A stretch of DNA of 64,000 nucleotides from Hemiscyllium ocellatum (Eukaryota): the NCBI RefSeq assembly GCF_020745735.1, contig NC_083431.1:26688496-26752495 (forward strand), in the 5' to 3' direction. The notes under the pieces are model-generated. The model was not told the origin of the DNA, did no database searches, and saw only the letters and a program-made list of their open reading frames with translations. How positions within the stretch are numbered: position 1 is the stretch's first letter; every line of letters starts with the position of its first letter. Made by a program: the position numbers and the translations under genes. This document shows positions 1 to 11,830 of this stretch, in pieces.

Positions 1-427
1 AGTTGTGAACAATTCCAATACAGTAGTTGAGACCCACAAAATTCTAAAGCAAAATCAACAATATTGTTAAAAGACAATTCATCCTATCTGCTCTACAATA
101 AAACGTTCTGCAATCAACATATAAAACCAAACCTAAAGTAAAGCTCAAATCTGCCATTACTGGTCACAATAAAGAAAATCAGAATGTTGGTTAAGATTTT
201 AAGCTCAGCAGCCAATTCACTACTACAACAGTGCCACTGCAGATTATCCAAATAAAGGAGGTGTTCTAGAGTAATTTTGGCTTTTGCAAGTGGTGAATTT
301 ATATTCCTTGCTGAACTCTCACTTTCCATATTAATAAGCTTGAAAACTTGTGTCACCTGGATTTGATCTGTAATAGAAAAATTGACAATTAACAATGCAC
401 TTGTTAACATTTAATCTCAGTTCTCAC

Positions 428-534
428 TTGCTGCTGCAAAACATACAGCATCCTTGCCGAACGAGAGGCCTGTTCTTGTCTTTTTATCTGCATTCTCCGC
501 TCTTCTTCAGGATCCAGGATATCTGTATATTTCT
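428..534 (-). CDS. KIAA0753: KIAA0753 (Moonraker/OFIP) coding exon 3 in this window; the gene continues beyond the left edge
   Basis: ttag|AG acceptor and CAA|gtgaga donor; 107 nt, phase 1 in, phase 0 out. Translates (E)[35 protein letters not shown], matching the recalled human KIAA0753 segment [31 protein letters not shown]. Confidence 0.93.
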
Positions 535-1137
535 CTAACAGAAGAAAACACATCTCATGTATGCACTACCAGGGAACTCTTAAAAATATTGTTTCATTTA
601 TGAAAAATGTTTCATCATTCATAGAGTTGTTTTATTGGAAAGAAAGGTAGCAGGATCAATTTGTATACTGCTAACTGCAAATTCCAGGTTAGACTCTATT
701 GTCAGCTATATCTGTATAAGGAATCCAAGAACTGTGTGAACACAACAAGCAACTATGTTTCTTAACCAGAACGAAGAATCCTTGATGATCAGTGCAAAGT
801 CTGAATTGAGTATCACTATGATTGGGATTATTTATTCAATGACAAATCAGGTACAGACAAAAAGACATAGGAGCAGGGTAAAATAGATGGGAATAAGAGA
901 CAAACAGAAAAGCCAGGCATACAGAAAGGATGGGTGGAAGGGAAAAAGGAAAAAGAGTTGTAATGAATATTTTTAACTCTTTAACAATGCTGAAAGTTTG
1001 TTTACCAGTATTCATTAAAAGTTTACTTACATTTAAATCTACAAACACTAAGCATTTCACTTTTTTTCTTGGAATTACACCATCAGTAGCTGGCCTGCCA
1101 TTTATTACCTATCAGCCAAATGGCTTCTAGGCTTTTT

Positions 1138-1520
1138 CATAAAGTCAAAGTAATACAGCATGGAAACATACAACTTGTCGCAATGACCAGACATCCGAAA
1201 CTGATTTAGTTCCATTTGTCAGCATTTGGCTCAAATCCTTTTTAACTCTTCTTATTCATGTACCCATTCAGATGCCTTTTAAATGTTGTAATTATACTCA
1301 ACTCCAGCACCTCCTCTGGCAGCTCATTCCATTTACTCACCCCCTCTTCGTGAAAATGTTGCCCCTTGGGTTCCTTTTAAATCTTTCCCTCTCACCTTAA
1401 GCTAAGCCTTCTTGTTTTGGACTCCCCTACCCTGTGAAGACCACCTTGGTTATTCACCTTACCTATGCCCTCTCATGATTTTATAAACCTTTGTAAGGTC
1501 CCCCCTTAGCCTCCGACTTT
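1138..1520 (-). mobile_element. CR1-clade LINE 3' fragment (decayed)
   Basis: Reverse complement of the CR1 RT C-terminus and 3' UTR also seen at 1950-2480, 8611-9170 and 63130-63447. Confidence 0.8.
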
Positions 1521-1949
1521 CCAGAGTTAATCACATTGCTATGGGTCCAGGAGTCCATGCAGGACAAAATGGATAAGGACATTAGTGAACCAAATAGGTA
1601 TTTGCAACAATCAACAAGATGGGGATTTTGTTGGCATTAAAATTCAGTCTTCAGTTCCACTCTAACTATTCTTAATATTCATCTCCTTTGAAGGAGGTAA
1701 AGTAGTTATTTTTTCTAATGCCCATAAAGATGTTTCAGTAAATTAAGAAAAGATATATCTGACAAAACATATGGTTATACAAATTAATAACAAAGGGTCA
1801 CTGGACTCAAAGCTAACTCTGTTTCTATTTCTAGTGAAAAACTGTGCTGTAACAAAATGGTCTGCTGAATGAGAAGGTTGTGTGTGTAATTTTCAATTGC
1901 TTGGGCAATGTTTAATATAAAAATCGTTTACATTAGCACTTTATTAAAA

Positions 1950-2485
1950 GAGTCATAGAGTCTTAGAGATGTACAGCATGAAAACAGACCCTTCGGTCCA
2001 ACTCGTCCATGCCGACCAGATATCCCAACCCAACCTAGTCCCACCTGCCAGCACCCGACCGATATCCCTCCAAACCCTTCCTATTCATGTACCCATCCAG
2101 ATACTTTTTAAATGTTGCAATTATACTAGCCTCTACCACTTCCTCTGGCAGTTCATTCCATACACTTACCACCCTCTGCGTGAAAAAGTTGTCCCTTAGG
2201 TCTCTTTTATATCTTTCCCCCTCACCCTAAACCTATGCGCTCTAGTTCTGGACTCCCCTACCCAGGGAAAAGACTTTATCTATTCATCCTATCCATGCCC
2301 CTCATGATTTTATAAACCTCTATAAGGTCACCCCTCAGCCTCCTATGGGGAAAATAGCCCTAGCCTATTCAACCTCTCCCTAAAGCTGAAATCCTCCAAC
2401 CCTGCCAACATCCTTTTAAATCTTTTCTGAACCCTTTCAAGTTTCACAACATCTTTCTGATAAGAAAGTGACCAGAATTGCATGC
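1950..2485 (-). mobile_element. CR1-clade LINE 3' fragment (5'-truncated)
   Basis: The minus strand encodes ...VKLERVQKRF...EVYKIMRGMD...GNFFTQRVV... and ends in the tail repeat seen on plus as agtcatag/agtcttag. Highly similar to 8611-9170. Confidence 0.88.
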
Positions 2486-3039
2486 TGCCAGACATGGTGG
2501 GGTTCTCCAGTGCTTTGTTTTAGGTTAGGATTTCTAGCATTTTTTAAAAATAGATTACTGTTACACAAATTAAGACGATATGGCTCTACTGGAGGAAGAC
2601 AAGCAATTGTATGGTTGTAAATGGCTGTGCACATTTCTCTGAGGTAAAGGAAACAGAGGGCTAAGGAATCTAATGCACATACACCGAGAATTGTTAAAGA
2701 AGACTTTCCACAACTCTTAAAACTGTGGTCTCAACAGAAATCCTTAATCAATAGCAATTTTATACAACATAACTAAAATATCTCTATACATCTTATTTAA
2801 TTTGTCTCTTATACAATTTTAATTAAACCAATGTCTTAAATAATGTGAATGCCTCATGATGCTGACAGCTTACAGATTTGGATTTAGAAATCATGCATTT
2901 TTTTTTGCTAATGCACTAAAAATAGCCCTTTTCAAATTTTTAAACTAAAAATCCAAGTAGGCAATTAAGCAACAAGAAATATGTTAAGTCAGTCTATTAA
3001 ATCTTGGGAGCCCATGAATAACCCCTGGATCACAGTTTA

Positions 3040-3178
3040 GGTATATGATTTGGAAGGGGTTAGAGAGTTATGGGCCAAATGCTTGCCAATGGGACTAGGT
3101 CAGATGGGGATGTCTGATCGGCGCAAAAGAGTTGGGCCAAAGGATCTGTTTGCATGCTGCACGATGGCATGAATCTAT
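3040..3178 (+). mobile_element. CR1-type 3' tail fragment
   Basis: Forward-orientation similarity to the CR1 3' UTR (gggttagagagttatgggccaaatgc...gggccaaaggatctgttt). Confidence 0.6.
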
Positions 3179-6083
3179 AAGATGCCTGTTGGGGGATTCA
3201 AGATGGCGGCGATCTGAATAGGTCTGAGCTCTGCACCTCATCCCAAGGTAGTAATATTTTTTCATCACCCCCCACCTTTAACAATATTTTTTTCCAAAAA
3301 TAAACTAACAGTAAAACAATGTTTAAATCCTTGATTAGTCATTCCCACATGCTCAAGGGGAAGAAAATGGCCAAGTCTCAACACTCAGGAGACTCGAAAA
3401 CAGCAGGGGTCCTGAGACTGTAATGGGGGATGTAGCTGAAGCTCCCTCCGTGAAAGAAATGCCTGCACAGCAGAACATTGTGGAGGAACTTGGAGCGATC
3501 CGACAGTTGACCTAGGAGCACAAAAGCATGAGGAGTTGGAAGGGCTCGGAAAGTGAGTTGAAGAGTTTGAATGGCGGACCACGGCATCTGAGACAGTGGT
3601 CCAATCCTCGATGGGGCAGATCCATGCCCTTGAGAAACAGGTTCAGGCCCTGAGTAAGTCGATGACCAGGAAAATAGAGGAAGGAGGTAAGGCATTCAGG
3701 TCATTGGCCTGCCGGAGGGAGTAGAAGTTTTTTTGAAGACTGGTTGCCATAATTTCTTGGCTGGGATGCAGAGGCGGACTGGGTGAAGGTTGACAGAGCT
3801 CACCAGTTTGTGGTGCACAGATTCGGTTAGGGTCAGTGCCCCCGTCCGGTTTGGATACAATTTCAATTCTACAGGGACAAGCAGAGTGTCATGGAAACTT
3901 CTAGACAGTCAGGGAGAGATCCGCAGGCCTTGACCCATCAGGGAACTAAGATAATGATTTTTCAGGACTTTTCTGCAGCAGTGATCCACAAGTAGAAATC
4001 GTTTGATGAAGTCAAGAGAAGGTTAAAGGTTAATATTCGATGAGGTACCCAGTAGTGCTTCGTATTACTTACAAGACAACTGTATGGTCACTTCATTCCT
4101 TGGAGCAAGCCAAAACCTTCTTGGACACTTTAAAATAATGTAGATGTATTTATGGACATGGATAATAGTGTCTGGGTTTTTTTTGTCTTGCTTTTATTTC
4201 TTGTACTTTCACACTTTTCCCAAAGAAGTTGTTGTTGGTGAATGTTCTTTTCTCTCCGAGCGGTGTGAAATTGCTTATTTTTTTTGGGGGGGGGCGGGGG
4301 GGCAAAGTGCTCACTGATTTAGTTATATCTTTGTGTTTACAATGTCCTTTGTTTGGTTTCTTCCATCGCTTGGGTTTGGGACGCTGCTCAAGCTGGAAGG
4401 GGGAGATGCTGAAGTGTGTGGGAAATGTAAGCACCGTCTGTGGGCAGGTGTAGTGTCCTCCATTAAGTGCCTTTTGTGTTCTGTAGGGTTTTTTTTGTTT
4501 TTTGCAAATAGACTCCTTTTGAGTATACTCAGATGAATTCCGCCTCTTGGCAGATCAAAGGTGATTGCAAAGGATCATGGTTAGCAGCATTCTTAAACGG
4601 TGCACCTGGAATATCAAAGGGATTCATTCGCCAGTTAAAAGAAAAAAGGTGTTGTTGAGCCTTAGAGAGAGCGGATGTTGCCCTGTTACAGGAGACTCAT
4701 CTTAATGACAAGGAACACTTCAAGTTACAACAGGGTGGGTTTGACTGGGTGTTTTTCTCATCTTTTAGTAAAAGGAGCAGAGAAGTGGCAATACTCATCC
4801 GGAAGGGTCTCCCACTTAATTTAATAGATTGTGCTGAAGATGAGTATGGTCAGTTTGTTATTCTTAAGATCTTATACATGGTGAGGAATATAGTAGTTTG
4901 AATGTCTACTGTCCTTTGTCCCACCGTTGTAAATTTCCGACTGATATACTAAGCTGATGGCCTTGGCCTCGTGGCATATTATTATGGGGAGGGATTTTTA
5001 ATTGCTTTATGGATCTTGTGGTGGATAGAATACCCGAAGGCGCCCCCCCCCCCCCCACCAAAGCTTTCATCACAATCTAAGCAGTTGGGTGATCTATGTG
5101 TGGAATTGGAGTTGGTCGATGTTTGGAGATATTTACACCCTACTGGCAGAGATTTTATATTCTTATCCAATCCTCATAAATGGCACACAAAGATGGATTA
5201 TTTTCTAACTCCAGCAGCTTTTTTAGATTTGGTAGTATCCTGTTCGATTGGGAATATTACCATCTCTGATCATGCAGCAGTGTATTTAATGGTTAAGATT
5301 AAGGGTGATGCGATGGGCTCATGGTACTGGCAAATGGATCCCTTCATCGCCAAGGACAGCAAGTTTGTAGAATACCTCTCTCAGGAATTTGAAGCTTTTT
5401 TGGCCACCAACTCAGATAAAGCTAATAATCTGTCCATTCGTTGGGAGACTGCTAAGGCCTATGCTAAAGGGATAATTATCTCATAATCTGCCAGTCAGAA
5501 ACAACAGAAGGGAGAGCAGCAACGTCTGCTTGAGGCACAACTAAAGGCAGCTAAGATGGCATAGGACATATAAGATGGCCTGTGACGAAACTGCAGCAGA
5601 TCACAGCTCTCCAATCCACCTTAACCTCTAAGCTAACGCATACAGTAAGGAAAGAACTTTCCTTTGCGAAGCAGAGGCTGTTTGAGCATGATGATCGGCC
5701 AGGTAAATACTTGGCATATTAGGTCAGGAAGAAAAACACCTCCCTGTCTATTGCTTTTATTAGGGAAAGGAACGGGACTCTTACTTATGATGCTAAAATG
5801 ATCAATGAGGAGTTTCGGAGGTTTTACTCTGAACTTTACCAGTCTGAATGCTGTGAAGACAGATGGAATAAGATGGAGTTTTATTTAGGAATGTGGATCT
5901 TCTTGGGTGTGTCTGCTGAACAGGTGTCTCCCTTAGTGCTCCCTAACAGCCCAAGAGACATAGGATGTGGTGAGGCAACTTCAAAGTGGAAAGGCGCTCG
6001 GCCTTGATGGCTTGCCCAGTAAGTTTTATAAAGAATTCGTAAACATACTGTCAAGACCGATGTTAGACATGTGTAACTGTTCA

Positions 6084-6178
6084 CACACAGCTGAAAATGT
6101 GTTGCTGGTCAAAGCACAGCAGGTCAGGCAGCATCCAAGGAACAGGAAATTCGACGTTTCGGGCCAGAGCCCTACTAC
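6084..6178 (-). mobile_element. Penelope-like terminal-repeat fragment carrying the 3' half of a hammerhead motif, inserted into L1 ORF2
   Basis: Flanked by an exact 10-bp direct repeat TAACTGTTCA (6074-6083 and 6179-6188). The minus strand reads AGGGC-TCTG-GCCC-GAAAC-GTC-GAAT followed by the same arm sequence as 17761-17813 and 33840-33890. Confidence 0.8.
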
Positions 6179-8610
6179 TAACTGTTCATACAGTCAGGAT
6201 TGCCTCCCGCCATCCTTGAGAGAGGCTAATCTCTTATCATCAAGAAAGGGAAGACCCCAGAAGAGTATACTTTTTACAGACTGATTTCGCTTTTAAACTC
6301 TGACTTTTAAAACTTTATTGAAGATTCTGGCATTGAGGTTGGAGAGGGTGTTCCCTCTATTGTTAAAGAGGGTCAGACGGGCTTTTTAAAGGGTCGCAGA
6401 TCTTCTAATAATGTTAGGAGACTGCTTAACATGATTGAAGTATGCCAGCAAAAGTCAGTTCAAGGGTTGGTGGTTTCCTTGGATGTGGAGAAGGCATTTG
6501 ATTGGGTGGAATGGCCACACCTTTTTTATACCCTGGAGCGGTTTGGCCTGGGTGAAGTGTTTACTAGATGGGTAAGGGACATTTACAGTGACCTTCTGGC
6601 AGCAGTGCTCACTGATGGTATAAGGGGACTGATAATTTTAACATTGGTAGGGGCAGTTGGAAAGGCTGTCCCCTCTCACCTTTCCTCTTCACATTTGTGA
6701 TTGAGCCACTGGCAGAGGCCATTCATAGGGATTCTAATATAGTTGCCCCAAAGATAGGGTCGAAGGTGCAGAAGATCACATTATATGCAAATGATGTTCT
6801 CATTTTTCTTTCAGTGTCCCAGTTGATACAACGTATTAAATCACTTAGCTTTTTCTTAGGTTACAAGATCAATTTTTCAAAATCGCAGGCTATGCCTATG
6901 AGGGGGTCTGAGGAAAATACCAGACATTGAAGGTGGGTTCCCCTTTAAGTGAGTACAGGGAGGCTGTCTTTATTTGGGCCTCTCTGTTACCCCTAGTTTT
7001 GATCAGTTATTCAAGGCTAATTTGTTTAAATTGTTTGACAAGATTAAACAAGACATTCAAAGCTGGGGGGCCCTGCCAACATCATGGCTAGGTTGAGTTG
7101 CTCTTATTAAAATGAATGTTCTTCCTCACTTATTATACCCTCTGTGGGTGCTTTCTTTGCTTTTTCCTAGATAAATGTTTAGGAAATTAAATGGTCGGTT
7201 TAGTTCTTTTATGTGGCCCCATAAGCAGCCTCTTATCAAGCTTATGAAATTGCAAATGCCCCAGGGGTTTGGAGAAGTGGCTCTCTTGGATGTCAGAAGA
7301 CATCAATTGAACTCCCTTTTATCTTTTGACAATGATTGGGCCTGTGAGGATTCAACATCGATATGGTTGGACATCGAGGCCTCCCAGACAAAGTGTCCTC
7401 TTATTAACCTGTTGTTTCTGGATAAAATGAGGATAGTTGCGGAACATTGCCACAATACAATAGTTGCTAACACTGTCAAAGCATGAAGGGCAATACGTCT
7501 AAAGCATCTTTCCACACTGCCATAATTGGTATGCCAGGTTTTTGGCCAGGGACAATGGATCCAAGGTTTAATCCTGGGCGGATAGGGGAGTCTCTTGTTT
7601 GCGTGACCTGTTTGAAGATGAAATGCTAATGTCATTTGATCAAATAACTCGTAAGTATGGATTATTGAGCAAGGACCTCTCTTGTTTTTCTCAGATCAGA
7701 GGTTTTATCTGAAAAGAGACCACGCTTCTGACTGAGTCTTATAGATCTAATATGGAAAAGAGGGTGCTTCAGCCTAAGAGCTCTCCATCATTGGTTTGGA
7801 GGAGGCTCCTCAGATGACATTGAACGATTACGGCAGGTCTGAGAGAGAGAATTAGGGGTGGAAATCACTCGGGAAACTCGGGAGAACATTTGTGAGGAGT
7901 GTGAGGAAGATTTCAATAAGTAATCAGACCCATGCTATGCAGTTAAACATTTTCATAGAGCTCATCTGTCCCCAGATCGTCTTGCAAAATTTAAGCAGGG
8001 TACGTTTTCAATGTGCCCCAAATGTAAAATAAATACAGGTACCCTCACTCATTGCTTGTGATGCTGCTACAGACTCCATACGTACTGGGGTACTGTGGCA
8101 GGAGTAATACAGGGGGTCTTGGGGACTGAAGTTCAGGTGGACTTGGTTTCTCTTCTCCAGGGTTTGTCGAATTTATCTCCCTTAGATTTATATGAGAGAA
8201 AGCTTTTTAGCATCCTCCCTTTTTATGCGAGGAAGAACATTCTGATGTGCTGGCTGTCCGAGAACCCACCCCCGGATCTGTTGGGGTGGCAAAAGTTAAT
8301 TATGGAACACATTCCTTTGAACTTTCTTACAAATATAGTGCACCAGAAAATGGACAAATTTTATAAGATATAGCAGCCCTTTTTGAATTATTTGGAAGCA
8401 AATCAGTCCGCCATTTTAATTAGGGCTTTTGTCTACCCATGGAGGTTTGATTTAATAAGCCTAATGTCCTGGAGAGGAAGAATTTCAAGCAGATGTGAGT
8501 TTAATAATTGATGCTCTCGAAGGATGAAAGCTGAGGTCTTGTCCGGCTGAGCGGCATTATTTATTTACTTATTGATGTGTAATGAGTGTAGTTGTGAGTT
8601 CTTTTATAGT

Positions 8611-9170
8611 AGAGTCATAGAGATGTACAGCATGGAAACAGACCCTTCGGTCCAACCCATCCACGCTGACCAGATATCCCAACCCAATCTAGTCCCACCT
8701 GCCACCACCTGGCCCATATCCCTCCAAACCCTTACTATTCACATACCCATCCAAATGTCTCTTAAATGTTGCAATTGTACCAGCCTCCACCACATCCTCT
8801 GGCAGCTCATTCCATACACGTACCACCCTCTGCGTGAAAAAGTTGCCCCTTAGGTGTCTTTTATATCTTTCCCCTCTCACCCTAAACTTATGCCCTCTAG
8901 TTCTGGACTCCCCAACCCCAGGGAAACGACTTTGTCTATTTATCCTATCCTTGCCCCTCATAATTTTGTAAACCTCTATAAGGCCTCCCCTCAGCCTCCA
9001 ATGCTCCAGGGAAAACAGTCCCAGCATGTTCAGCCTCCCTCTGGAGCTCAGATCCTCCAACCCTGGCAACATCCTTGAAAGGGTTCAGAAAAGATTTACA
9101 AGTTTCACAACATCTTTCCGATAGGAAGGAGACCAGAAGTGCACAATATTCCAACAGTGGCCTAACCAAT
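8611..9170 (-). mobile_element. CR1-clade LINE 3' fragment nested in the L1 3' UTR
   Basis: ORF 8689-9072(-) MLPGLEDLSSRGRLNMLGLFSLEHWRLRGGLIEVYKIMRG...NFFTQRVVRVWNELPEDVVEAG is the canonical CR1 ORF2 C-terminus. Confidence 0.92.
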
Positions 9171-9450
9171 GTAGTTGGTTTATTCTTTATCATTGCTGTT
9201 TTTGTTGTTATAGTGTTCTAATTTTCATTTTTTAAAATTTTATAATTTTGTAAAGAAAATTTTTTCAATAATTTTTTTTAAATATGCTTTTTAATAATAC
9301 CATAAAGGCTTGGTTTGACCTCCAAAATGCATGGAGTTTAAAAGATATTTCCAGTCTCCAACAATGCCTTGGTTATGCAACATCATACAGTGTATGCATG
9401 TAAATCACAAATTTCATAATTTGGTATTAATTTTAAATAAAATTTTGTAC

Positions 9451-10054
9451 CTCTCTTGGACAGCTCCTCAATTTTTTGAAAGTACTTGCTGAGCTCTGTT
9501 CTCAGCCTACGAATCTCTTCAGCAGTTTTGCTGCCCTGGTTCTGACGATTCAGATCTGGGCCTGGGTCATGCGTTGGTGGTGAATCTGTGCGAGCAGGCC
9601 TGGCTTGGCTTTGGTCAGACGTGCAAATATAAACTCTGGCACTAGACTTTGTAATGCCTTCTTTTGAAGTTTGGTTCTTTTGCTGTTTCAGCTTTGTAAG
9701 TGTCTCCATTTTCAGCCGATTCCTGACATATGCAGCATTCTCAAAAGACTTCCCCTTCACTCGATTAATATACTTTGATGTTTCTGCTTGATCTTGCTCA
9801 AGTTTATACAAGTAATCCTTCATTTGTTCTTCCAGATGCCCTTTTTTTAGATCACGCTTTGCCATCCGAACAGCCATATTCAGTCTCTCTTCAGACACAG
9901 AAGAAAATGGCACAGAGTTGCTCATACTCTGAGCATCATTCTGAACATGCAGATCACAAGGTTGGCGTAACTTTTCAATTATAATTGGACGAGGTTCGGT
10001 GACTGTCGCAGCCAGGTTGGATACAGTACTTAGTGCATCTTTATTGAATTTTAA
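9451..10054 (-). CDS. KIAA0753: KIAA0753 coding exon 2 (604 nt)
   Basis: Poly-T + tag acceptor and AGAG|gtac donor; phase 0 in, phase 1 out. Translates LKFNKDALSTVSNLAATVTEPRPIIIEKLR...PFSSVSEERLNMAVRMAKRDLK...DSPPTHDPG...EIRRLRTELSKYFQKIEELSKR, collinear with human KIAA0753 (LQFNRN...IRIEKL...SQERLSYAVHLARRDVK...SPPTHDPG). Confidence 0.95.
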
Positions 10055-10811
10055 CTAAAAAAAAAGTTTAAGAAAAGCTTTACCAATTCAAAAATTTCTT
10101 ATTGTCCAGTCTTACTTTATTATAAGTAAGGAAACACAAGCTTTTCCTTCTTCTCCTTCCAGCACTAGCAGTAGAAACCTGCTTCCACAGTATTAGTTTG
10201 TAAATAACCCGGGCAGTCACAGTAATTCAGAATCCAATTCTTTCCAGCAACATGAGGGAAGTGTTGACCATCACCTCAGTGCCTTATCAGGTCTGACACA
10301 AGATATGGAATTTTTACTGTGAAAAAGTCACAGAGATTAACGTCATCATTATCAACATGATCAGCCATGATCTGTTTGAATAGCAGAGCAGGCTCAATGG
10401 GCCAAATGGCTTACTCTTGATGGGCCGAAGGGCCTGTTTCCACACTGTAAGTAATCTAATCTAATCTAATCCTACTACTATATTCTATGTTCCTATGCTG
10501 TGGCCCACAATGCATTATTCCACCAATGCATGACTCTACTCCTGGCTACTTTGTTTGTTAATATCTGATATATGCAACAATTTTTTCCTCTTTACACAAT
10601 GGAAACAAACAGATGAAATAAAGAACCCTATCGCAAACAAAGTAATAATTTTGAAATACAGCTTGTTCAAAATTTGCAGTTTCCTTCTAAAAATAAATTT
10701 CATAAATTTTACAGTTCATTAACATTCTTTAAATTATTGTCACAGCATTCTTTTTAAGTCACAGCACTATACCTTGTTAGGCATATAATAAACCTGATAA
10801 CAAATACATAC

Positions 10812-10949
10812 CTGATTCTTGTAAAATTGTGATCCACTCTGTACATTCCTTCCAACATCTTGTCCAGCTGATACGGAAGGCACCCAAGTCCCAAAGGAGT
10901 GCGCTGAATTCAAGATCTGCGTTTGGTGATGCTGAATCTTTGTGGCCAT
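10812..10949 (-). CDS. KIAA0753: KIAA0753 first coding exon (ATG at 10949-10947; exon probably begins at ~10981)
   Basis: gtcATGG start; 46 codons MATKIQHHQ...QFYKNQ ending CAG|gtatgt (phase 0, matching the next exon). Upstream pyrimidine-rich tract + tag at 10982-10984, implying a non-coding exon in the CpG island. N-terminal conservation is low, so the start is less certain. Confidence 0.75.
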
Positions 10950-11279
10950 GACCAAAGTGATTTAACTAAAGTAGCCAAACTCTACATTAAAACAAACACA
11001 GAAGCTATCAGGTAATTCTTCACAACTTAACTTAAAACCAAAACAACACAATGACATGGGGCGACTTTTTTGTGAAGAAAGTAGTTAGAACAGAAACAGG
11101 AAAAATGGGGACAACTTAAAAATTAAATGGGCAAGAGCCAGCCTTATGAAATTGGGAAACGCGAAGAGGCGAAAATTAATTAACATTTGGAAAAGAGTAG
11201 GTTAATAAATGAAAGTCAGCACAAGTGAGCAAATAAATAGTTAATTCACGTTTGACTAAGCTGATTGAGTTCTCGACTA

Positions 11280-11830
11280 CAACAGCCCGCCCCTTGTTCA
11301 AGCTCATCCCTTAACCAGTGATGCGAAGATAGGGAGCTGCCCAGGACATTGCGACCGTCCACTTGAGGCCCAAGGCCAGGCTATCGGTCTGCAGACGTCA
11401 CAGGACCAAAGCGCCCGCTGTTGCCAGGCGCCCGGTTGCTAATCACCGGGTTCCTGTAGTTGGCGTCACCCGGATCTGCCCCTGTAGAGGCTGCCGGGAC
11501 TTGCCTGCACTCGCCGCACGCATGCGTATCCCTTAAAATGGGAGATGGAAGCAGAGACCTGCTATCGCGCATGTGCCTCTCTTTGAGCGGGCAAACGTCT
11601 CGAAGTTGCGCGTGCGCACGGCGTCGCTCTAACGGACGCCGCGGCGGGTTGAAGGTCGGGGAGCTGTGAAGATGGTTTTGTTGGAGGTGTCTGGATACGA
11701 TGAGTTTGTGAAGGCGGTGGACGCTAACAAGGAAAACACAATCTTCGCGTATTTCACCGGGTCGAAGGACCCGCAGGGTGTGAGCTGGTGCCCAGACTGT
11801 GTGACAGGTGGGGGGTTTAAGCTGTTCAGT
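11280..11830. promoter_or_regulatory. CpG-island bidirectional promoter for KIAA0753 (-) and TXNDC17 (+)
   Basis: Sharp local rise in GC and CpG content between divergent genes. Perfect NRF1 site TGCGCGTGCGCA at 11607-11618, NRF1-like CACGCATGCGTA (~11517-11528) and CGCGCATGTGCC (11566-11577), CRE-like GACGTCA at 11394-11400. No obvious TATA box. Confidence 0.85.
11672..11807 (+). CDS. TXNDC17: TXNDC17 (TRP14) exon 1
   Basis: aagATGG start; [45 protein letters not shown] with the diagnostic [10 protein letters not shown] and WCPDC active site. ACAG|gtgggg donor, phase 1. Confidence 0.97.

Larger units (their letters stand above)
3191..9280 (+). mobile_element. Near full-length, inactivated L1-clade LINE (5'UTR-ORF1-ORF2-3'UTR), antisense within a KIAA0753 intron
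   Basis: The 5' end reads GGGGGATTCAAGATGGCGGCG. ORF1 remnant ~3349-4137 (ENRGRR*GIQVIGLPEGVE, VDRAH, IFQDFS). ORF2 starts at ~4577: APE endonuclease (WNIKG, LQETHL, MDYFL, ISDHAAV), RT (GLDGLPSKFYK, SLDVEKAFDWVEW, LYANDVL) and a C-terminal CPKC...THCL motif near 8010-8060. Many stops and frameshifts. T-rich 3' UTR interrupted by a CR1. The 3' boundary is approximate. Confidence 0.9.

Noticed and set aside
114-410. 98-aa minus-strand ORF
   Set aside because: It lies in the intron after the 428 donor, in AT-rich sequence with no recognisable homology or splice support.
3191-9280. Active L1
   Set aside because: Multiple stops and frameshifts in both ORFs, the RT catalytic motif reads YAND, and there are nested insertions.
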